Below, in pieces: positions 9,951 through 19,066 of a stretch of DNA of 64,000 nt. The stretch is from Minisyncoccia bacterium (GTDB taxonomy: Bacteria; Patescibacteriota; Minisyncoccia; Phycocordibacterales; CALRBL01). Each line of letters opens with the position of its first letter. Within the stretch, counting starts at the first letter, position 1. The position numbers and the translations under genes are program-made. The stretch covers positions 6,047 through 70,046 of the forward strand of contig JBBRNV010000004.1 of NCBI GenBank assembly GCA_038230075.1. Direction: 5' to 3'. Below the pieces are notes generated by a model that worked only from the letters and a program-made list of their open reading frames with translations, did not search any database and had not been told where the DNA came from.

Positions 9951-10012
9951 AGGTCTATTGTACCGAGCTTTTTATTAAACTGAAAGCCTTATTATTCAAA
10001 CTAGTGGCTAAT

Positions 10013-10702
10013 TTATGCCCAACCTTTTTCTTTGATAGCTTTTGTCGCAGCTTGTTGTTCTGCTTCCTGCTTAGATTTTCCTTCACCTTCTGCAATCATT
10101 ATTTCATCGAGAAAAACGCCGACAACAAACTTTTTATCGTGATCAGGACCAGTTTCTTTCATTGTTTTATAGAGTGGAGTAAATCCTGTCTTTTCCTGAG
10201 ATTTTTCTTGAAAGTTACTCTTTGCATCAATGTGCGATCCAGTTCGAAGAATGTCGTCAAAGGTTGAAAGAATGAATGAGTCTACGAATGTTTTTGCAAC
10301 ATTGTATCCTTGGTCGAGATATATTGCTCCAAGAAGAGCTTCGATGGTATTAGCTAAAATAAATTGTCGAGCACGGCCCATGTCTTTCGATTCTCCTCTT
10401 GAAAGAAGCAAGTAGTCGCTAAAATGTAAATTTGCAGCGATAGCAGCCAATGTATTTGCATTAACTAATGCTGAACGATATGTTGTTAAATCTCCTTCTG
10501 GTTTTGTTGGAAATTTTTTAAACAAGAATTCGGTTACTACCAATTCAAGTACGGCATCACCTAAGAACTCAAGTCGCTCGTTGTGTTCGAGTTTTAAATT
10601 TCGATTTTCATTTAAATACGAGCGATGTGTAAAAGCCTGTTTTAAAAGCTCTTTATTATTAAATATAGTCTGTATTGATTGTTCAAATTTACTAAAGTCC
10701 AT
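10013..10702 (-). CDS. rnc: ribonuclease III
   Basis: RNase III signature ERLEFLGDAVLELVV; C-terminal dsRBD. Confidence 0.9.
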   Translation of the reverse strand: MDFSKFEQSIQTIFNNKELLKQAFTHRSYLNENRNLKLEHNERLEFLGDAVLELVVTEFLFKKFPTKPEGDLTTYRSALVNANTLAAIAANLHFSDYLLLSRGESKDMGRARQFILANTIEALLGAIYLDQGYNVAKTFVDSFILSTFDDILRTGSHIDAKSNFQEKSQEKTGFTPLYKTMKETGPDHDKKFVVGVFLDEIMIAEGEGKSKQEAEQQAATKAIKEKGWA

Positions 10703-10721
10703 AGGTGAGAATTATCTACTG

Positions 10722-11633
10722 TTAAACTTGTGCTTTATTTTTTATTAAGATATTGATTGCTTTTGTCACAATTGGAAGAATGTCGTTATAGAAATTGAGT
10801 TCAACAATTTCTTCAACTTTAAACCACCGAGCGTCATCGAGTCCTCCACTTTTTTCAAGTGTCACAGGGATGAACTTTGATTTTCCTAAAAAGTACGTTA
10901 CCTGCTTTCGAATTTTTCCATCTTCTGGGTGTGTCGCAATGTATTCATTTCGAGCAAGTTCATCTTCGATCACAATATCAAGATTAATTTCTTCTTTAAT
11001 TTCTCGTTTTGTTCCCTCTTTAATGTCTTCATCTTTTTCAAGTTTTCCTTTTGAAAGAGTCCAGTGACCGAACACATCGTGAACGAAGGCAAGCATGAGT
11101 TGATCTTTGTCCCACGCGTACACAACTGATCCTCCAAGATTTTGAATGGGCATTTGTTCATATGGAACATTTGCGAATTTCTTTTTCTTTGCAGATGTTT
11201 CTTCTTTTCCTGGTTCCCCAAGTTCTTTGTACACCGCACCAAGTACTCCGTTCACGAATTTTCCAGAAGTTTCTCCACCGAATGTTTTTGCAAGTTCAAT
11301 TGCTTCATTAATCGCCACTTTTGCAGGAACTTCTTTTCGATCAGAAAAGAGAAGCTCATAAAGCCCTATTCGAAGAATGTTTCTATCGGTTGTTGAGATT
11401 TTATCAATTGGCCATTCAGGGGCTGCCTTTTCGATGATTTGATCAAGCTCACTTCGTTTTGCCAAAATGTTCTTCGTCAAATCCCGAATAAATGTTACAT
11501 CCCCTACTCCTGGAGCAAATTCTTCAGCGTCACGAGTAATGATCTCATCAATGGTATCGTCGTGTTGACCACGAAAATCCCACTCAAAGAGTGTTTGCAT
11601 GACGATTGACCGAGAGAGATGTCTGTTTGCCAT
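10722..11633 (-). CDS. nusB: NusB antitermination-like domain fused to a C-terminal NUDIX hydrolase domain
   Basis: N-terminal NusB fold (VMQTLFEWDF..., ARxxALQxLy-type helices), C-terminal Nudix box GKLEKDEDIKEGTKREIKEEINL. Confidence 0.75.
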   Translation of the reverse strand: MANRHLSRSIVMQTLFEWDFRGQHDDTIDEIITRDAEEFAPGVGDVTFIRDLTKNILAKRSELDQIIEKAAPEWPIDKISTTDRNILRIGLYELLFSDRKEVPAKVAINEAIELAKTFGGETSGKFVNGVLGAVYKELGEPGKEETSAKKKKFANVPYEQMPIQNLGGSVVYAWDKDQLMLAFVHDVFGHWTLSKGKLEKDEDIKEGTKREIKEEINLDIVIEDELARNEYIATHPEDGKIRKQVTYFLGKSKFIPVTLEKSGGLDDARWFKVEEIVELNFYNDILPIVTKAINILIKNKAQV

Positions 11634-11690
11634 ATCGGTTTAGTTGTAATGGTACATAAAGTCGTTTATTTCCCTGACAAAGGGAGGTGC

Positions 11691-11924
11691 TTACCGTGCA
11701 CCAGCGTCTTTCATGCGTGATTCACGCTTCTTAATTTTCTTGTCTAACTTCTTGTTAACGTCGATAACCTGTCGCCCGGCATACATACCGGTTGTAAGAG
11801 AAACACGGTGCTTCATGTAAAGATCACCTGTTTTCTTGTCTTTAGCTACAGCAGGAGTACCAAGAGCGTGGTGAGCGCGTCTCTGGGCTGTATGAGAACG
11901 TGTGTGTCGCATTCGTACTGTCAT
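11691..11924 (-). CDS. rpmF: 50S ribosomal protein L32 (non-zinc form, C-terminally extended)
   Basis: MRHTRSHTAQRRAHHAL...KHRVSLTTGMYAGRQV matches L32 pattern. Confidence 0.7.
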   Translation of the reverse strand: MTVRMRHTRSHTAQRRAHHALGTPAVAKDKKTGDLYMKHRVSLTTGMYAGRQVIDVNKKLDKKIKKRESRMKDAGAR

Positions 11925-11933
11925 AATGGAGAA

Positions 11934-11962
11934 ACTATAGCCTATAGCGTTTAAAAAGGCAA
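11934..11962 (-). promoter_or_regulatory. candidate sigma70 promoter for rpmF (TTGCCT-N17-TATAGT), -10 ends ~10 nt before ATG (leaderless)
   Basis: hexamers on minus strand read from sequence. Confidence 0.35.
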
Positions 11963-12009
11963 ATCCTTGGGGCTGAACTAAGGTTTAGGGGTTTTAAGCC
12001 ACACAACGG

Positions 12010-12037
12010 TTGACACCGTAAATTCATATGATATGGT
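12010..12037 (+). promoter_or_regulatory. strong candidate promoter TTGACA-N16-TGaTATGGT (extended -10)
   Basis: Perfect -35 plus TGn-extended -10; identical 10-mer ATGATATGGT recurs at 25222-25231. Confidence 0.5.
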
Positions 12038-12043
12038 ATCGAA

Positions 12044-12182
12044 AGCTTTTGGTATTGCTATTGCAAGTGCGACATATGATGACGAGCTTCGGGGCGGATA
12101 CTCCCTCGGATAGTCATTATTGCCACGTGTCAGCATGTCGGTTGAAGGGGCCCGGGATCGCGAGATTCTGGGCCCTTTTCTT
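12044..12182 (+). ncRNA. candidate small RNA (~140 nt) of unknown class between two minus-strand genes
   Basis: Promoter at 12010-12037; GC-richer structured segment; intrinsic terminator 12147-12182 with T-tract on plus strand only; no credible ORF. Confidence 0.3.
12147..12182 (+). terminator. rho-independent terminator (GGGGCCC ... GGGCCC + TTTTCTT)
   Basis: Self-complementary GGGCCC arms with 16-nt loop followed by T-run on plus strand. Confidence 0.6.
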
Positions 12183-12189
12183 ATATGTT

Positions 12190-12909
12190 CTACTTAATAA
12201 AACTCTTTCTGTGCTCAGAGGTGATTCCGTACTTCTTTATAGCTTTAACGTGAAATAATGTTCCATACCCAACATGTGTATCAAAACCATACTTAGGATA
12301 TTTTTTTGCCAATGTATACATTAATGTATCTCGAGTAACTTTCGCTGCAATTGATGCGAGTGCAATCGCAGGCTCTTGTTCGTCCCCTTTTATAATTGAA
12401 ACTTGATTACTAAATTCAGATGGTGCTTTCAGTCTTCCGTCGAGTAACACCGTTGTTGTGTTTATATTCGCCTTAAGTTTTCTTAAGCATTTCTTCATCG
12501 CCTCTTGTATAGAATGAGTTAAGCCACGCGAATCAACTATCGCTGGTTTTGTATGACCAATAGCAAACTTTAAAATTCCTTCTTTCTGCCATCGCTTAAT
12601 TCGGGAAAACCAAATTTCTCGATCTTCGCGTCGTAGCTGTTTCGAGTCTTTTAATCCGACTAATAGTCGACATGTTGCGAGGTCAAACAATTGTGTAGTT
12701 GAAATAAGCACAGCACCAACTGAAACTGGCCCAGCAAATGATCCCCTTCCCACCTCATCAATTCCAATAATAAATTCAGAATCATAATGTGAATCAAAAT
12801 TCATTTCATGTTTTGACTGCTTTTTTCGAGTAGTTTGTAGCTTTCGTGTTGCCGCATATTTTCGAAGGGGCCGCAACTTCTTTTTTCTTTCCATGCGCAT
12901 ATAATACAC
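12190..12909 (-). CDS. rnhB: ribonuclease HII (true start probably the internal Met at 12804)
   Basis: FIIGIDEVGRGSFAGPVSVGAVLI matches RNase HII active-site region; basic N-terminal 35-aa extension overlaps dnaE -10 box and is probably not translated. Confidence 0.85.
   Translation of the reverse strand: MYYMRMERKKKLRPLRKYAATRKLQTTRKKQSKHEMNFDSHYDSEFIIGIDEVGRGSFAGPVSVGAVLISTTQLFDLATCRLLVGLKDSKQLRREDREIWFSRIKRWQKEGILKFAIGHTKPAIVDSRGLTHSIQEAMKKCLRKLKANINTTTVLLDGRLKAPSEFSNQVSIIKGDEQEPAIALASIAAKVTRDTLMYTLAKKYPKYGFDTHVGYGTLFHVKAIKKYGITSEHRKSFIK
12900..12905 (+). promoter_or_regulatory. TATAAT -10 box 7 nt upstream of dnaE ATG (leaderless)
   Basis: consensus hexamer read directly. Confidence 0.35.
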
Positions 12910-12912
12910 GCA

Positions 12913-15900
12913 ATGGCTGAGACTACTCTAAACCCTGCACCCGTCGTTACTTCAGAGTCAATTTCTGAGGCTGTTTCAGTTGCCCAAACTCCAACACCCG
13001 CTTCATTATTTACCCACCTTCATTGTCACAGTCACTACAGCCTCCTTCAAGCACTTCCTCAGATTCCTGATCTTGTTGGATACGCTAAAAAATGTGGCAT
13101 GACCTCTCTCGCACTTACCGACGCTGGAAACATGTATGGAGTAATTGAGTTCTATAAAGAATGTAGGAAAAAGGAAATTAAACCAATTGTTGGTGTCGAC
13201 TTCTATGTCGCTCTTCGCACACGACATGATAGAGAATCTCGAATCGACAACAAACGAACTCGACTCGTACTTCTTGCAAAAAGTCTTGATGGATACAAAA
13301 GCTTAATTAAACTTGTTACTGGTTCAAACCTAGAAGGTTTTTACTATAAAGCTCGAATCGATCAAGAACTTCTCGAACAACATAAAAAAGAGTTGATTTG
13401 CATTGTTCCCTCAATAAGCGGAGATCTTTCACTTGCCATTAAAGGAAAAGATTTTGAAAAAGCAAAACATTTAGCAGATTGGTATAAAGAACAATTTGGC
13501 GATGACTTTTATTTAGAAATTACACACCATCCTGAAATTGAAGGCCACGAAGAACACATGAAGCGATCAATTGCATTTGCTCGAGAAAATAATGTGCAAC
13601 TAGTTGCTGCGCACGACACATACTATCTTGACCCAGAAGATAAACGAGCTCGAGATACACTTGTATCAATTCAAAATGAATACACCGAAAGATCACATGG
13701 AGGAGATCCAAGTGATTGGTCATTTATTTCAAAGGAAAAAGCTGGAGAACTATTTATAAACGAACAAGATGCGTTGCTAAATGTTGGAAAGATTGTTGAG
13801 AAATGTAATCTCGATCTTCCACTTGGTGTATGGCTCTTCCCTGAATTTACTATTGCAAGTGGAAAACATGCAGATGACGAACTTCGAGATATTGTGTTTG
13901 ATGGAATGAAACGAAGAAAAATCGAACCGACACCAGAGGTACTTGAACGTGTTGAGTATGAACTTCGTGTCATTAAAGACAAAGGCTATGCTCCTTACTT
14001 TCTTGTGGTAGGAGACCTTCTCCGAGAAGCTCATGAAAAAAATATTCTTACCACCATTCGAGGTTCGGTTGCTGGTTCAATGGTGACCTTCTTAGCCCAC
14101 ATTACAAACGTTAATCCAATGGAATACATGCTTCCTTTTGAACGATTTCTGAATCCTGACCGACCATCAGCACCTGACATCGACATGGACTATGCCGATA
14201 ATCGTCGAGACGAAATTATTCAATACGCGAGACAAAAATACGGAACCGATAAGGTGGCACAAATTGGAACATTCGGAACAATGATGGCACGAGGAGCTGT
14301 TCGAGATACTGCTCGGGCATTAGGATATCCATACACCGTTGGAGATCGCATTGCAAAAATGATTCCCATGGGTTCACAAGGTTTTCCTATGACCTTAAAA
14401 AAGGCAATGGAAATTACTCCAGAACTTCAAGAAGCATATGAATCTGACGAAGAGGTAAAAGAAGTTATCGATATGGCTAAAAAAATCGAAGGATGTGCTC
14501 GACACATTTCGGTTCACGCAGCTGGTGTGGTTATTTCACCGATCCCCTTAAGTGATATCGTTCCAACACAATTTGACCCAAAAGGCGAAGGAAAAATTAT
14601 CACACAATATGACATGCACTCCGTTGATGAAAACAGTGCAGGTCTTTTAAAGTTCGACTTTCTTGGAATTCGAAACCTATCAATTCTTGCTGATGCAGTG
14701 CGACTCGTAAAAGAACAACTCGATATTGTCGTTGATATTGAAAATGTAAAAATTGATGACAAAAAAACATTTGAAATGCTTGCGCGTGGTGAAACAACAG
14801 GCCTCTTTCAACTAAACGGAGATGGAATGACGAGAGCGTTGATGGAACTAAAGCCAACAAGTATTCACGATATTAATGTGATGGTAGCTTTGTATCGACC
14901 GGGTCCTATGGCAACGATTGAAGAATATATCGCTCGAAAAAATGGAAAGCATAAAACAACGTTTTATCATCCAAAAATGAAAAAATTCTTGGAACGAACC
15001 TTTGGACTTCTTGTGTATCAAGACGACCTTCTTTATACCGCCATTGAACTTGCTGGATATGACTGGGGGTCAGTAGATAAATTCCGAAAAGCTGTGGGAA
15101 AAAAGATTCCTGAAGAAATGGCAAAGCAGCACAAAATTTTCGTTGATGGTTGTCAGAAGTTTAGTGGAATGTCTGAAAAAGATGCCGAAAAAATTTGGAC
15201 GCTATTTGAACCATTCCAAGGATACGGATTCAACAAAGCACATGCGGCAAGTTATGGAAAAGTGGCGTATCAAACTGCCTTCATGAAAGCCAACTTCCCC
15301 GCTCTCTATATGTCAGCAGTGCTCACCGCTGAATCAGGAAACATCGAAGAAATTGGAACCAACATTACCGAATGTAAGCGAATGGGAATTCCTGTACTTC
15401 CTCCATCAATTAATGAAAGTTTCAAAGGTTTTACCGTGGTTAAAGTGGTAAATCCTGATCTTGAAGCAAACCCAGATGCGTCAAAAGAAGTTGACGCTAT
15501 TCGATTCGGACTCGTTACCATTAAAAACTTCGGTGAAGGAATTGCGGAAGTTGTTATCAAAGAACGAGAAGAACACGGAAAGTTTGTGTCGCTTGAGAGT
15601 TTTTTGAAACGAGTTAGAGATCGAAGTTTAAATAAAAAATCTGTTGAATCACTTATTAAAGCAGGAGCTCTTGATGAATTCGGAGAGCGAGGAGTATTGC
15701 TTCACAATCTTGAGCTCATTCTTCATTTTAATAAAGAAGCAGCTCACATGCCTGAACACTCAGAGACACTATTCGGAGGAATTGCTGAGGCTGAAGTTTC
15801 TGCCAAGCTTGTATTAGAAGATGCACCGAAGGCATCGAGTGAAGATGTTTTGTTGTGGGAAAAAGAATTACTCGGTTTGTACATTTCAGGTCATCCTCTC

Positions 15901-16365
15901 GATAAGCATGCTGATAAATTTGCTAATCATGAAATGACTATTCAAAAGTTACTTGAAATAGCAAAACCCATCTTCCTTCAACCCGAAGAAACTCCTGATG
16001 AAAACGGAGTTGTGTTAACAGCAACCGATCTTGAACTCGCTGCAGGACTACCAAAAATAGAGAGGAAATTAACCAAAGATCAACAACGAGACTTTAAGAA
16101 GAAAATTAAAACTGCTAAAGAAAAACAATACGTTGTTGGAGGAATGATTACCGAAGCAAAAGAAATCATGACAAAAACAAACAACAGAATGATGTTTATG
16201 ACCTTATCAGATCGAACATCAAATGTTGAATGTATTGTATTTAGTAAGACCTACGAGGTGTACAAAGATATTTTGAAGCCAGACACATGTATCGCGGTAA
16301 AAGGAAGAATGAATGAACGAAACGGAGAACTCAGTTTAATTGTTGAGAAAGTGAAAGTGCTTTAG
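12913..16365 (+). CDS. dnaE: DNA polymerase III alpha subunit
   Basis: N-terminal PHP domain (HLHCHSHYSLLQA), polymerase core, 1150 aa. Confidence 0.95.
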   Translation: MAETTLNPAPVVTSESISEAVSVAQTPTPASLFTHLHCHSHYSLLQALPQIPDLVGYAKKCGMTSLALTDAGNMYGVIEFYKECRKKEIKPIVGVDFYVALRTRHDRESRIDNKRTRLVLLAKSLDGYKSLIKLVTGSNLEGFYYKARIDQELLEQHKKELICIVPSISGDLSLAIKGKDFEKAKHLADWYKEQFGDDFYLEITHHPEIEGHEEHMKRSIAFARENNVQLVAAHDTYYLDPEDKRARDTLVSIQNEYTERSHGGDPSDWSFISKEKAGELFINEQDALLNVGKIVEKCNLDLPLGVWLFPEFTIASGKHADDELRDIVFDGMKRRKIEPTPEVLERVEYELRVIKDKGYAPYFLVVGDLLREAHEKNILTTIRGSVAGSMVTFLAHITNVNPMEYMLPFERFLNPDRPSAPDIDMDYADNRRDEIIQYARQKYGTDKVAQIGTFGTMMARGAVRDTARALGYPYTVGDRIAKMIPMGSQGFPMTLKKAMEITPELQEAYESDEEVKEVIDMAKKIEGCARHISVHAAGVVISPIPLSDIVPTQFDPKGEGKIITQYDMHSVDENSAGLLKFDFLGIRNLSILADAVRLVKEQLDIVVDIENVKIDDKKTFEMLARGETTGLFQLNGDGMTRALMELKPTSIHDINVMVALYRPGPMATIEEYIARKNGKHKTTFYHPKMKKFLERTFGLLVYQDDLLYTAIELAGYDWGSVDKFRKAVGKKIPEEMAKQHKIFVDGCQKFSGMSEKDAEKIWTLFEPFQGYGFNKAHAASYGKVAYQTAFMKANFPALYMSAVLTAESGNIEEIGTNITECKRMGIPVLPPSINESFKGFTVVKVVNPDLEANPDASKEVDAIRFGLVTIKNFGEGIAEVVIKEREEHGKFVSLESFLKRVRDRSLNKKSVESLIKAGALDEFGERGVLLHNLELILHFNKEAAHMPEHSETLFGGIAEAEVSAKLVLEDAPKASSEDVLLWEKELLGLYISGHPLDKHADKFANHEMTIQKLLEIAKPIFLQPEETPDENGVVLTATDLELAAGLPKIERKLTKDQQRDFKKKIKTAKEKQYVVGGMITEAKEIMTKTNNRMMFMTLSDRTSNVECIVFSKTYEVYKDILKPDTCIAVKGRMNERNGELSLIVEKVKVL

Positions 16366-16378
16366 CACCAAGTCATCA

Positions 16379-18238
16379 CTACCCAAAAGTAAAGGTGAAT
16401 GCATCAAGTCCTCCTCCTTCAATATCTAATTCGAGTGTGTGTTCTCCGTAGTCACTTCCTTCAATCAAAGTATATAACTTGTTTTCACTGATTGAGACAG
16501 TGTTAACTTTTACTCCATCTTTCAAAACAGTAACAGTGACCACTTTGTTTGAATCTTGAGATTTATCAGAACTTGCGACAAAGTACACATTCTTGGTGTT
16601 GTATTTAAACATCACTTTAGCTGAGCCTGTGTTTTGTGCATACTCCTGAGTAAAATTCCATGTTCCTTCAAGATATAATTTATTTGATACCATCGATGAC
16701 TTATCAGGAAATGTTAATGTTTGAGTTCCTGCCTGCTGAGGAGTTCCGTTTGCGAGAAAAACATTTCGTCCTGAGCCAAAGTATGTTTCTGGACTTCCTA
16801 CCTTGTCAGAGGTGTAACTGATAGCATTTGTTGGAACTGTTGTTCCAGTAGGAACATTTCCTCCACCATTTAATTCTGCGAGAGCTTTCTGAATTTCTTT
16901 CTCAGTTATATCGTATTCTCCTTCTCCGATGTGGTTATAAATAATTTCACCATTTTCATTGATTAAATATTTTCGAGGCCAGTATTGATTTCCGTATGCA
17001 TTCCATGTTTGGTATTCATTATCAAGAACAACTGGATAAGTTATTCCTAATCGTTTTACAGCATCTTCAACATTTTTCTGAACTTTTTCGAAAGCGAATT
17101 CTGGAGTATGGAGTCCAATCACTTCAAGACCCATATCTTTGTATTTTTCATACCATGCTTCTACATAAGGAAGCGTTCGCTGACAATTAATACAACTATA
17201 TGTCCAAATATCGAGAAGAATAACTTTCTTTCCTTTAAATTGAGAAATAGTAATTGGTTGACCACCAGTATTAATGTACCCATTAGGACTAACGAGTTCT
17301 GGTGCCTTTGGCCCATGTGATTGAGTTTTAATAACAGATGTTGCTGGTTTTGTTGGAACGACAGTCGATTGATCATTTGTACTTGAAGCAGTTGTAGATG
17401 ACATTGATTGGTCATTAATCAAAGGATCAGACGTAGTAGCGTCTTGATTAAAAGTAATATCATTTGACGGACCTCCACCCGAATTACTCTTGTCGTTAAA
17501 TGAAAGAAGTGACTGCTCAACTCTTGTAATATCAAAAAGACCAGAACTAAGAAGCTTTGCTTCAATAATTTTATCTACACCAAACATGACAAGGAGTCCG
17601 ATAATAATGAAGAGTGCTCCGAGACCTCGTTTAAACAAACCATTACTATCAGACAATGTTCCAATTCTGTTTACTAACTTTTGTCCAAGAAAGGCAACAA
17701 GAAGAAGCATTCCTGAAAGTCCAACCGCATATGCAATAAGATCAACAAGACCAAGGAGAAATGACTGTGGAAGAACTGTGGCTAAAATAACGAAATAGGT
17801 TGGACTACATGTTGAGAAAACAGGACCAAGTGATGCACCTATAATGACATCTCCCCAAAAACTTTTCTTTTTATATCCTTCTGCCAACATTTTGTTTGAA
17901 CTTCGATTCATCGCAGAGATAAATGGAACCTTTTCCCAAATTGTAGGAAATAATCCAACGAGACCAAAGATAACGATGATTACTCCAGAGACAACTTCCC
18001 ATACAGTCTGAGGAATATTAATAAAGAGAGTACTCACTTTAAGTACAAAGGTGAATAAAATAATTGAGATTCCAAGTGAGGCTGCAATAGTAAATGCCTT
18101 CGAATAATTTCCCTTCTTATCATTAGGATCCGATGAACCTGAAACAGAACTTCCAACGATGACAGGAAGAAGTGGAAGTGTGCACGGCGCAAGTATTGTA
18201 AGGACTCCAGCAACAAACGAAAGAATGAAAAGAATCAT
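16379..18238 (-). CDS. CcdA/DsbD-type membrane electron-transfer domain fused to thioredoxin-like (TlpA/ResA-type, WTYSCINCQ) domain and a C-terminal beta-rich domain
   Basis: N-terminal APCTLPLLP CcdA motif and 6 TM helices; Ser/Thr-rich linker; CxxC redoxin; ~170-aa C-terminal domain of unknown function. Confidence 0.75.
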   Translation of the reverse strand: MILFILSFVAGVLTILAPCTLPLLPVIVGSSVSGSSDPNDKKGNYSKAFTIAASLGISIILFTFVLKVSTLFINIPQTVWEVVSGVIIVIFGLVGLFPTIWEKVPFISAMNRSSNKMLAEGYKKKSFWGDVIIGASLGPVFSTCSPTYFVILATVLPQSFLLGLVDLIAYAVGLSGMLLLVAFLGQKLVNRIGTLSDSNGLFKRGLGALFIIIGLLVMFGVDKIIEAKLLSSGLFDITRVEQSLLSFNDKSNSGGGPSNDITFNQDATTSDPLINDQSMSSTTASSTNDQSTVVPTKPATSVIKTQSHGPKAPELVSPNGYINTGGQPITISQFKGKKVILLDIWTYSCINCQRTLPYVEAWYEKYKDMGLEVIGLHTPEFAFEKVQKNVEDAVKRLGITYPVVLDNEYQTWNAYGNQYWPRKYLINENGEIIYNHIGEGEYDITEKEIQKALAELNGGGNVPTGTTVPTNAISYTSDKVGSPETYFGSGRNVFLANGTPQQAGTQTLTFPDKSSMVSNKLYLEGTWNFTQEYAQNTGSAKVMFKYNTKNVYFVASSDKSQDSNKVVTVTVLKDGVKVNTVSISENKLYTLIEGSDYGEHTLELDIEGGGLDAFTFTFG

Positions 18239-18293
18239 AAATTATTATTACCTGTTATTAGTATGTAAAGATTGTATCAAGATGTGTACACAA

Positions 18294-18311
18294 TGTAAAG
18301 AATACTTTACA
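18294..18311. promoter_or_regulatory. palindrome TGTAAAG-aata-CTTTACA, candidate operator upstream of CcdA-Trx fusion gene (a third TGTAAAG copy at 18264-18270)
   Basis: perfect 7-4-7 inverted repeat; related motif in XRE regulator promoter region. Confidence 0.4.
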
Positions 18312-18329
18312 TGTCTAATATATGGCCTG

Positions 18330-18695
18330 TTATAAGCGTATTTCTGTATATATTCGAATTGAAAGTTTGGTGATAATCATAACGATCAAAGAAACAACCA
18401 ACCAGTTATCTACATTGTGCTCAAACAGTTGAACAATAATTCCAATGATTAATGTTGTAGCTCCGACAATAAAACTATACCTTCCTGCCAAGCTTCGATG
18501 AGCTTCTTCTCGTTCGTCAACAACTTTTTCACGAACAACAAATGCTGCAAAAAAAGCGAAAACAATAAGTGCCACTATTCCAATCATCATTTCAAACATA
18601 TCTGGCATGAAAATATTAAAAGGATTTACCGTCAACACCAAAAGGCAAACCAAAACAGTACTAACGATTATTTCTAATGTAAATTTATTTTTCAT
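18330..18695 (-). CDS. small 3-TM membrane protein, co-operonic partner of XRE regulator
   Basis: 121 aa, overlaps regulator gene by 11 nt; hydrophobic helices. Confidence 0.5.
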   Translation of the reverse strand: MKNKFTLEIIVSTVLVCLLVLTVNPFNIFMPDMFEMMIGIVALIVFAFFAAFVVREKVVDEREEAHRSLAGRYSFIVGATTLIIGIIVQLFEHNVDNWLVVSLIVMIITKLSIRIYTEIRL

Positions 18696-18915
18696 ATGAG
18701 ATGCTAAATATTGTTTCGACTGGTTGTTTAAAAAATTGAGCGATTTTTAATGCTAAATGAATTGAGGGGGTGTAATTCCCTTTTTCAATAGCAATAATTG
18801 TTTGACGACTTACCCCAAGTGATGCCGCAAAACTTTCTTGCGTAATACCTAATGCACTTCTTAGAGTATATACCTCATTCTTAATGATTTCTTTTCTTTC
18901 TTTCATAGAATACAT
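18685..18915 (-). CDS. XRE-family (Cro/C1-type) helix-turn-helix transcriptional regulator
   Basis: LRSALGITQESFAASLGVSRQTIIAIEKGNYTPSIHLALKIAQFF is a canonical HTH_3. Confidence 0.8.
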   Translation of the reverse strand: MYSMKERKEIIKNEVYTLRSALGITQESFAASLGVSRQTIIAIEKGNYTPSIHLALKIAQFFKQPVETIFSISYEK

Positions 18916-18939
18916 CTATTATGTTCATTCTAGAGTGAA

Positions 18940-18965
18940 AGTCAAATAGACTTTACATTTGACTC
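18940..18965. promoter_or_regulatory. palindrome AGTCAAAT-N10-ATTTGACT containing CTTTACAT core, in XRE regulator / thrS divergent promoter region
   Basis: 8-bp perfect arms; core shared with 18294-18311 palindrome. Confidence 0.4.
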
Positions 18966-19066
18966 ATTAACAATATCGGGATCATTGATTAGATCAAAAA
19001 TGCCTAAAAATATAACCCTCCACATGTATATAAATACGTGTTATCCTCATATATACATTTATATTT

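Noticed and set aside
12100-12160. Possible SRP RNA domain IV (GTGTCAG...GTCGG...GAAGG)
   Set aside because: Lacks the conserved GGAAGCAGC asymmetric-loop strand and a GNRA tetraloop in the correct register; the similarity is too weak.
12028-12258. 76-aa plus-strand ORF spanning the candidate sRNA and running antisense into rnhB
   Set aside because: It crosses an intrinsic terminator and overlaps rnhB antisense. The composition is not protein-like.
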